Shown here one piece after another: positions 7,722 to 15,144 of a DNA stretch of 21,411 bases. Made by a program: the position numbers and the translations under genes. Origin of the DNA: Pseudomonadota bacterium (GTDB lineage Bacteria; UBA10199; 2-02-FULL-44-16; JAAZCA01). The DNA is taken from positions 1-21,411 of the forward strand of contig JBDRBN010000030.1 of assembly GCA_043822785.1 (NCBI GenBank), written 5' to 3'. A model generated the notes under the pieces. The model did not search any database, was not told the origin of the DNA, and saw only the letters and a program-made list of their open reading frames with translations. Each line of letters begins with the position of its first letter. Position 1 is the stretch's first letter.

Positions 7722-8213
7722 TTACTTACACGGACTCTTGCCATCGATCGGGCCAACTTTGCCTGGCCATTTATTGTAGCAGCTCTTGCAGACCGCCTTC
7801 TCTTTCTTGCTGACTTGATCAGTGAGCCATTTATGCTGATTGGTATTAGGACACTGTGGCTTATAGATGTTGATCTGCTCTTTATACGCCGCTGCAGCCT
7901 CATCAGCTTGCACCATTGCCTTCTGGCAGCTGCGGCAACCCTTCATTTCACCCATATGCTTGCTCAAAGCCTGCTGAACCGTAAGATCAGTCTTGGCTTC
8001 TTTAAGCTCATCGCAGGCATTTAGCTTTTTGGCCACAAACAGATAATCCTGATATGTCTTGCTGCAAGATGGATGTTCTTCTAGCATGTTTGGAAAATTC
8101 TCTGTATCCTCTGTATAACCGATCACCCGTGCATTTGCTGATAGCGCAAAGCTAATAGCTATCAGCACAACTCCTGCTGCGATAGAGCCTTTTACCCATC
8201 CAGACTTTTTCAT
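7722..8213 (-). CDS. Hypothetical secreted Cys-rich protein (start re-assigned to ATG 8213)
   Basis: SD GGGGG before MKKSGW; signal peptide ending ANA; 8 Cys including CRSC and CKSC. Confidence 0.7.
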   Translation of the reverse strand: MKKSGWVKGSIAAGVVLIAISFALSANARVIGYTEDTENFPNMLEEHPSCSKTYQDYLFVAKKLNACDELKEAKTDLTVQQALSKHMGEMKGCRSCQKAMVQADEAAAAYKEQINIYKPQCPNTNQHKWLTDQVSKKEKAVCKSCYNKWPGKVGPIDGKSPCK

Positions 8214-8284
8214 AATGCCCCCTTTTTGCTGTATCATTATATATGTGCCCATTTCACCATGACGCTCAAATTAAATCAACCTGC

Positions 8285-9427
8285 TTATGAACAAACTGTT
8301 CCAACTGAACGAGATACTGATTTGACTATATTCAAGACTTTATCAAGTGGCAGGGCCTTAGCCACGTTGCCGGAGTGTCCTTCCATTGTGTCAGCCATGC
8401 ACAGAGAATTGAGTATTGCTTCTTCGGTAGCCTCAATTACTGCACGATAAAGAGGATCGATAGCCTGATCCAAAAGAACCTTCATCTTATAGATCATCTT
8501 CTTCGTTTGTCTGGGTATGGTGTTGGCCGTGGAGAATCCTACTATGATCTCTCCTGAATAATGCGATGCATAAGATCCAGCTCGGCCAACGCCTAACGCT
8601 GCTCGCTTGCACAGCCTTGATATCTGATGAGCTGATAAAGGGGCATTAGTACCTATTACTGCGATTATGCTGCCATACTGATTCTCTCTCTTAGCCTGCT
8701 TGTCATATATCGAAGCCAGAAACTCGCCGATTGGAATGCCATCCAGCCTTAAGTCCCTCATCTTGCCGAAATTGCTCATGACTATAGCGCCGATCACATA
8801 TCCACCTTCTTCTTTAGGCAATCTTCTGGAAGATGTGCCGATGCCTGCCTTGAAATCGCATGTGATCATGCCAGTACCGCCGCCTACGCTGCCCTCCATT
8901 ACCGGTCCTGAAGAAGCACGTTCTATCGCTTCATACACATGATCCTCCTGCACATGTCCTCCGCCAACGTCATTGAGCCATGAATCATCACACTCACCAA
9001 CAACAGGAATGATCACGTCGTGTTCCACACCTATTCCAGGGTGTTTTTCTACCATGTAGTTGACGACCGATTGTGAACAAATACCTACAGATAGAGTGTT
9101 GGTAAGAAGTATAGGAGTCTCAATCAGTCCCCACTCCATCACCTGAGACATGCCCGAGAGCTCGCCCGCACCGTTTAAAACAAACGCTGATCCAACCACC
9201 CTATCCTTGAAGACATTCCCACCGTTGGGCAGTATTGCCGTAACTCCGGTTCTGGCGGGCCCCTTTCCCACGATAAGTTTGCCGGATCCGCGTATGATTG
9301 TGGAATGCCCTACCAACACACCGGGCACATCGGTGATGGCGTTAAAACGCCCCGTAGGATAACGCCCTATGCGAATACCGAGCTGTCTCAACCTAACTCT
9401 TTTTCCTGCTCTCGCTTCTTGGGCCAT
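8285..9427 (-). CDS. P1/S58-family (DmpA/BapA-like) aminopeptidase
   Basis: NAITDVPGVLVGH, RTGVTAILP, LNGAGELSG, LTNTLSVG, PVVGECDDSWLND, EGSVGGGTGM, KAGIGTSSR, autocleavage site G|SII, SGEIIVGFST, EATEEAILNSL. Confidence 0.93.
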   Translation of the reverse strand: MAQEARAGKRVRLRQLGIRIGRYPTGRFNAITDVPGVLVGHSTIIRGSGKLIVGKGPARTGVTAILPNGGNVFKDRVVGSAFVLNGAGELSGMSQVMEWGLIETPILLTNTLSVGICSQSVVNYMVEKHPGIGVEHDVIIPVVGECDDSWLNDVGGGHVQEDHVYEAIERASSGPVMEGSVGGGTGMITCDFKAGIGTSSRRLPKEEGGYVIGAIVMSNFGKMRDLRLDGIPIGEFLASIYDKQAKRENQYGSIIAVIGTNAPLSAHQISRLCKRAALGVGRAGSYASHYSGEIIVGFSTANTIPRQTKKMIYKMKVLLDQAIDPLYRAVIEATEEAILNSLCMADTMEGHSGNVAKALPLDKVLNIVKSVSRSVGTVCS

Positions 9428-9429
9428 AT

Positions 9430-11478
9430 CTATATCCTTCCTTCAAGAAATCTCTCTTTCTGTTTTTCTCGCATTCGGCGCAATGCTGGCGCAAGAATAT
9501 CGCCTATCAGATCTCTGAATGTCATACCGGCAGCCTCAGCTATCACACAGAAATCAGAAAAACCAGGAGTAAGCCCTGGCAATGGATTACACTCAATAAA
9601 ATTGACCTTTCCATTTTCATCCAGCCTCAGATCGATTCTTGCTAAATCGCGACATCCAAGAGCCACAAAAACGCCTCGAGCCACCCGCTCCAACTCGCGT
9701 TTTAGATCGGGACTTGCCTTTGCTGGCGCGTCAAAGCGAATATCCTTATCAAAAAATTTACTCTCAAAAGAATAAATAGCCTTCATCTTATCCTGGTCCG
9801 GAAATATCACCTCAAGCGGAGGCAGCGCTCGAGGTCTTCGTTCGCCCAAGAGCGCAACTGTAAATTCCCTGCCAGGCAAAAAGCTCTCTACTAAAACCGC
9901 TTGCCGGTACTTAGCGATAGCCTCTACAACCACTTCTCTCAATTGAGCTTCTGTATCGGCAAGGCTTTTCCTCATGATGCCTTTTGAACTGCCCTCTGCT
10001 ACCGGTTTGACGATGACCGGAAAGGACAGCCCTTTAGGCAACCGCTCTTTGCCTGAGGTCATAAGGCAAAAAGGCGGGGTTTTGATACCAACTCCGCTCA
10101 CCAGCCGCTTGGCCAAAGCCTTATCGTGCGAAAGAGATATAGTAGTTGGATCAGAGCCCGTATACGGAATATCAAGCAATTCCAAAAGAGCAGGCACTTG
10201 TGATTCTCTGGTTCTCCCCTCAAGACCCTCCGCTACGTTGAAGACCACATCAACTCCTGAATTCGGCAAAATCGAAGGAAGCTCACGCGTTGCCTCAAGC
10301 AAAACCACTTCATGGCCGTATGATTCAATAGCGGTGCGTATCGCTGTTATAGTCTCTGGTGAATCAAATTCCGCTTCATCGTCAATCGATTTTTCAAGTG
10401 AATTCTCTATGCGCTTAAGATTAAAAGTTAAACCCACCTTTGCCCTTGCCTGACGGCGACCTCGCTTCACAAGTGGATAAGCCAACCCATTTCGCTCAGC
10501 AGCGCTTTCCACAATAGCACCCAACACCTTATCCATGGTATTAAGGCCAGCCAGCCTGCTTGAGCAATAGATCGACGCTCCGGGCTCAAGGCTAGGCAAA
10601 GCATTGACCTCAATAAAATATATCTCTCCATCCTTTGTTATGCGAAAATCGATTCGCGCAGCGTCCCTGATATTCAGTTCCCTAACCACCTTTTTTGAAA
10701 AATCTACCACTACAGTTCTTTGAGCAGGTGTGATCTTTGAAGGAACGACCACGCTAACTGCATCGCTATGGATAGACTTCATCTCATAGTCATAGATCTC
10801 ATACCGACGACTAGATGCAAATTCTCCACTAAATTCATACTGGGCAGGTTCAAGCACTCCGCTATCTGTGGGCGCCTTCTCAAGATATGGAACTGTAAGA
10901 TCGCTACCAATAATAAACTCCTCGATGATCACTCCCTCAGTATATCGCGCGAGCAACGTTTGCACCCGTTCCCTAAGGCTTGCGGGTGCCTCCACAATTG
11001 AATCCATTGAAATGCCCATGGAGCTGCCCTCAAAATTGGGCTTTACGATCACTGGAAAGCGGAGGCTTTGCTCTATTTCTGTGCTTAATTGCTCCATCCG
11101 CTCTACAAAAATCCAGCACGGAGTAGGCACGCCGCATGCAGCCACCATCATCTTTGTGAGGCGCTTATCGAGCGTGAGTGCACAGACAAACGCGTCGGAA
11201 CCGGTAAAAGGCAGGTTCAGGCGATCGAACAGGGCGGGATAAAACGCTTCGCGAAATCTTCCCTGGGTTCCCTCTGCCGTGTTGAATATGAGATCCGGGT
11301 TTAACGCCTCGAGCCTTGCCACAACGCGGGATGCTGGCCCGGCTACATCAATTGGCTCAACTTGATGACCCAGCCTCCTCAGCGCCTCTGTAATAGCGGC
11401 CACGGTCTCCGGCCGATCAAACTCCGCCTCATCCTCACTGCCGCTGAGCTGCAGGTTATGCGTAAATGCGATCTTCAT
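9430..11478 (-). CDS. Tandem double D-Ala-D-Ala-ligase-like ATP-grasp protein (start re-assigned to ATG 11478, MKIAFTHNL)
   Basis: Two complete Ddl-like units: EAEFD.PET, FN.AEG, P(F/Y)TGSD, DK, VKP..EGSS.GI, RID(F/L)R, E.N.LP. SD GGAGA upstream. Stop codon lies 2 nt before the peptidase start. Confidence 0.9.
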   Translation of the reverse strand: MKIAFTHNLQLSGSEDEAEFDRPETVAAITEALRRLGHQVEPIDVAGPASRVVARLEALNPDLIFNTAEGTQGRFREAFYPALFDRLNLPFTGSDAFVCALTLDKRLTKMMVAACGVPTPCWIFVERMEQLSTEIEQSLRFPVIVKPNFEGSSMGISMDSIVEAPASLRERVQTLLARYTEGVIIEEFIIGSDLTVPYLEKAPTDSGVLEPAQYEFSGEFASSRRYEIYDYEMKSIHSDAVSVVVPSKITPAQRTVVVDFSKKVVRELNIRDAARIDFRITKDGEIYFIEVNALPSLEPGASIYCSSRLAGLNTMDKVLGAIVESAAERNGLAYPLVKRGRRQARAKVGLTFNLKRIENSLEKSIDDEAEFDSPETITAIRTAIESYGHEVVLLEATRELPSILPNSGVDVVFNVAEGLEGRTRESQVPALLELLDIPYTGSDPTTISLSHDKALAKRLVSGVGIKTPPFCLMTSGKERLPKGLSFPVIVKPVAEGSSKGIMRKSLADTEAQLREVVVEAIAKYRQAVLVESFLPGREFTVALLGERRPRALPPLEVIFPDQDKMKAIYSFESKFFDKDIRFDAPAKASPDLKRELERVARGVFVALGCRDLARIDLRLDENGKVNFIECNPLPGLTPGFSDFCVIAEAAGMTFRDLIGDILAPALRRMREKQKERFLEGRI

Positions 11479-11640
11479 CTTGTCTGCTTCTCCAAAGGTC
11501 ATGGTTAATATTTCAAGGCACTGTATATAATAGATTCCCGCCCCAGTGAACAACATAAATTCTGCTTTATTGACAGAAGACTCCGATCGTAGCAAATATG
11601 CGCCTTATTAATCACCACACCAATGTGGGGGCCCAAGGAA

Positions 11641-12627
11641 ATGGAAAACGTAGATTTGGCACTTTGCTGGGCAGATCCTGTAGATATGAAAGACCTGTTC
11701 TTGCGCACCATTGAAGCCGAATGCAAAGCGCGCAGATTGCGCACGATATACATCGATGAGAAAAGTCTGCCAAAGATCACGCAGGATATAAGGAAAGGCA
11801 CACTTAGAATCAAAGTCTGTCTGGATATGGCATCGGAAACATATGATACCAAGAATCCATTTACAAAGTTCGTCTATTTGCTGAAGGATTCTGGAACTCG
11901 CGTAATCGACGATCCCGACGACGTAAAATCCGCAGCGGACAAGTCCATCACCCATTTTGATCTGTTGCGCTCAAAAATTCCAGTACCATACACTATAGTT
12001 ATAAGACACTGGGAGCCGGAACGACGCCTAAGCCCAGAAGAAAGGGCAAGCTTAGGCCTGCCCTTTGTCGTAAAGCCAGCGCTTGGATATGGCCAGAAAG
12101 GTGTAAAGATCATCAGACAGAAAAGGCCTCTTAAAGAGATCGCCGAAGCCAGGCAATTCAGTCCTGGCGATAACTTTCTACTCCAGGAGTTCATCGAACC
12201 TTTAAAGATCGAAGGACATCCGGCCTGGTTTAGGGTCTATCAGCTCTTTGGAGAGATCATACCTTGCTGGTGGAACCCACAAACACATGAGTACAGACAG
12301 GTCACTCTCAGGGAGATGACTGAATACAAACTCATACCCCTTGCCCGCATCGCCACCGAAATAGGAAGAATCACGCGCATAGATTGGTTTTCATGCGAGA
12401 TCGCCATCAACGCGAAAAACAGAAAGCTGGTGGCTATCGATTACATGAATGACCAGTGCGCGATCTATCCAAAATCCGAGCACAAGGACGGTGTGCCGGA
12501 TGATCTGGTCAGACACTTGGCAGAAAAGCTTGTTGAAAAAGCCTGGCGACACATACGCGGCGAATATACCCTTACCTATCGCGCAATCTGGTTTCCAAGG
12601 ATTCAGGTAAAAGACGAAAACGCATAA
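11641..12627 (+). CDS. ATP-grasp fold protein of unknown function (alternative start ATG 11623)
   Basis: AADK, IPVPYTI, LGLPFVVKPALGYGQKGV, LLQEFI, FRVY, C-terminal IDYMND metal-site variant. Confidence 0.8.
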   Translation: MENVDLALCWADPVDMKDLFLRTIEAECKARRLRTIYIDEKSLPKITQDIRKGTLRIKVCLDMASETYDTKNPFTKFVYLLKDSGTRVIDDPDDVKSAADKSITHFDLLRSKIPVPYTIVIRHWEPERRLSPEERASLGLPFVVKPALGYGQKGVKIIRQKRPLKEIAEARQFSPGDNFLLQEFIEPLKIEGHPAWFRVYQLFGEIIPCWWNPQTHEYRQVTLREMTEYKLIPLARIATEIGRITRIDWFSCEIAINAKNRKLVAIDYMNDQCAIYPKSEHKDGVPDDLVRHLAEKLVEKAWRHIRGEYTLTYRAIWFPRIQVKDENA

Positions 12628-12650
12628 ACGCCCTAATTGTCTCATTAAAT

Positions 12651-14054
12651 TTACTTTGGCATCCACTCTGGTTTCTTGAAACGATGTATAACGAGTGGTG
12701 CTCCAACAAAAACAACTATACCACAGGCCAAAAAGATTACGTAAAACTCAGGGCTTCCCACTGCGAGCTGGGATGGTGGAAACATGCCCACCACGATGGC
12801 AAATATAGCCGCCAACATGCCCAGCCCCGCAATCACACACATGCCAAAATTGCCTCCAGGCACCTTGTACGTGCGCTCCACATCTGGCTTTTTAAAACGA
12901 AGCCAGATCGCAGCAAAGTAGAGCATCACATACATTATAAGATAGAGGATTGCAGTAAGAGCAGTGAGCAAGAAAAACGCACTGTTTACGTTTGGCATCA
13001 ACAGATAGATTAAGGAGATGGCTGAGACGATTATACCCTGTATCCAAAGTATATGTGTCTGCACTCCGTTCTTATTTACATGTTGAAGAAACGGTGGCAA
13101 ATCGCCGCTGTTTGCAGTGGCGAGCAAGCCTTTAGATGGACCAGCGATCCATGCTGTTACACCACCGATCGCGCCAAATGCAGCCAGAAATCCAAGCACT
13201 GGCAAAAGCCAGTCAAGGCCAAACAGATGTAGCATATCGCGAAAGGCCTGCATGATGCCAGCATTGAGGCTGATGTGATCGGCTGGCAGCACTGAAGCTA
13301 TGGCAAGCGAGCCTAAAGTGAAGATTATTATAATGATGAACATTGCTAAAAAAACCGCCTTTGGAAACTGTGCTTTGGGATTTTTTAGATCGCGAACATG
13401 CACTGCGCCCACTTCCATTCCGGCAAAAAGCAGCACAACACCTGCTAAAAAGGCAATTGAGTCGAAGTTTCCGAAATCAGGGAGAATGCTGTGCGATGTT
13501 GCTTCAAAAGCAATGGGCTTGCCCATTAAAACCCATATGATTCCTAACACGATGATGAGTATGCCAGGAAAAATAGTACCGCCTAAAACGCCAACTGTGG
13601 TCAGCCTGCCAGATGTTTTCATTCCGCGGAAGTTTATAAAAGTTGCTCCCCAATACACAATAAGTATCACGATCACGTTGAAGAGCTTGTTGCCAGCTAA
13701 GCTAGGATCTATGAATAGATACGAAAGCGCGCCAGCAGCAAACGCGAGAACAGTTGGATACCATATCACGTTCTGAATCCACTGAAGCCAAATGGCAACA
13801 AAGCCCCAATTAGAACCAAATGCCTCTTTAACCCAACGATAAACGCCGCCCTCCTCTGGCCAACCAGTTGCTAGCTCTGCAGAGACTAACGAGACCGGAA
13901 CTAGGAAGAGAAGCGAGGCAAACAACAAGAAAAAGATCATTGGCAGGCCTTCTTTGGCCATCATGGGAAGGCCTCGCAGGCTCATCACAATTGCGACATT
14001 CATCATGGCAAGCACAAATACCGATAGATAATGTTTCTTTGGCGTATCGTTCAT
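12651..14054 (-). CDS. APC-superfamily amino acid permease, GadC/putative glutamate-GABA antiporter-like
   Basis: About 12 TM segments. SLRGLP, PVSLVSAELATGWPEEGGVYRWV, WYPTVLAF, FAGMEV, WIAGPSKGL, LYLIMY. Confidence 0.88.
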   Translation of the reverse strand: MNDTPKKHYLSVFVLAMMNVAIVMSLRGLPMMAKEGLPMIFFLLFASLLFLVPVSLVSAELATGWPEEGGVYRWVKEAFGSNWGFVAIWLQWIQNVIWYPTVLAFAAGALSYLFIDPSLAGNKLFNVIVILIVYWGATFINFRGMKTSGRLTTVGVLGGTIFPGILIIVLGIIWVLMGKPIAFEATSHSILPDFGNFDSIAFLAGVVLLFAGMEVGAVHVRDLKNPKAQFPKAVFLAMFIIIIIFTLGSLAIASVLPADHISLNAGIMQAFRDMLHLFGLDWLLPVLGFLAAFGAIGGVTAWIAGPSKGLLATANSGDLPPFLQHVNKNGVQTHILWIQGIIVSAISLIYLLMPNVNSAFFLLTALTAILYLIMYVMLYFAAIWLRFKKPDVERTYKVPGGNFGMCVIAGLGMLAAIFAIVVGMFPPSQLAVGSPEFYVIFLACGIVVFVGAPLVIHRFKKPEWMPK

Positions 14055-14181
14055 AATGATCCCCCTGTTTTGGCTTAAGTATATTTAGTTTATGTTTATA
14101 CCATAGCTGTCAAAACAATAAATGAAAATATTGCGATTAACGTGAATTGAATGTAAAAAGAAGATCAATCAGGAGGAAAAC

Positions 14182-15084
14182 ATGAAGAATATTTCATATA
14201 TGACGATATCCGCTATTTTTGTTGTTTTAATCTTTATGAGCTCCTCTGTTTTGGCTACAGAGGGCGCGCCACCATCGAGTGGCAAAGCAAGAATTGATTA
14301 TCTCGATAATGGAACGCTCTACGACTATAACATACACCATAAGCGGCCTGCCAAAGCGATTCCTGAAACTTTTGAGAGTAGAAGAGAAAAGAGTATAGTT
14401 GAAAACCTTTCATTTAGCGTGTATTCAAACTTCCCCTCCCGCTATGTTTACCAAGCCATGGCATCAAGCGACGGATTTGTATGGCAACCATCTGCAACCA
14501 TCGAGTTGTATGGCGTGGGCTTTAACGTATGGGGCAATTTTGTGTTGGCTGATATTCCCGACCAGGGAAAATTTAACGAAGTCGACCTTACACTCTATTA
14601 TAATGTAAAGATATGGGGCTTAACTATCCATCCGTATATGCTCTTTTGTCTTTATCCGACAGACAACAAGCGCTCGCTCGATTATTCTGCCTATACCGAC
14701 ATCAAACCCTCGTTGCATTTAGCATATTCGCTAGGGCCAATCGATATCTTCACAGAATTAGCAGTCTATCTTCATCCAAATAAGGGAGCGTTGATTCTGG
14801 ATATGGGTCTGGGCTTTCAGCATGAAATCGTAAAAAACTTTGGCATAGAAACATCAGCGCTCATAGGCCTTGGTAACTCACGTTTCAACCGCTCAAACTT
14901 TAACGTGTCTGAGACAAAGATCAATCACTTCGCATATTCGCTGGGCTTTCCATGGAATGCAGTAAAAGGACTGCTTATAAAACCCAATGCTAATGTATCT
15001 GCATTTTTTTCACAGAAGCTGAGAAATGCAGTGCCATACCCTGTCTTGGTTTGGGGAGGCGTTGACTTGAGCTATAATTTTTAA
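14182..15084 (+). CDS. Putative outer-membrane beta-barrel protein (TorF/TIGR02001-like)
   Basis: Signal peptide, SD AGGAGG, SRYVYQA..S.GFVWQPS, NEVDLTLYY, alternating amphipathic strands, C-terminal barrel signature GGVDLSYNF. Confidence 0.7.
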   Translation: MKNISYMTISAIFVVLIFMSSSVLATEGAPPSSGKARIDYLDNGTLYDYNIHHKRPAKAIPETFESRREKSIVENLSFSVYSNFPSRYVYQAMASSDGFVWQPSATIELYGVGFNVWGNFVLADIPDQGKFNEVDLTLYYNVKIWGLTIHPYMLFCLYPTDNKRSLDYSAYTDIKPSLHLAYSLGPIDIFTELAVYLHPNKGALILDMGLGFQHEIVKNFGIETSALIGLGNSRFNRSNFNVSETKINHFAYSLGFPWNAVKGLLIKPNANVSAFFSQKLRNAVPYPVLVWGGVDLSYNF

Positions 15085-15144
15085 AGGAGATCTTGCACGG
15101 TATGGCTCGCGTGCGAATCAATAGGATATGCGCTCAAGCGGAGA

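Noticed and set aside
7722..8213. c-type cytochrome
   Set aside because: The motifs are CRSCQ and CKSCY, not CxxCH.
9430..11478. Housekeeping ddl or van-type resistance ligase
   Set aside because: Double length, lacks the GGxSxE N-terminal motif, and has no dcw or vanHX context.
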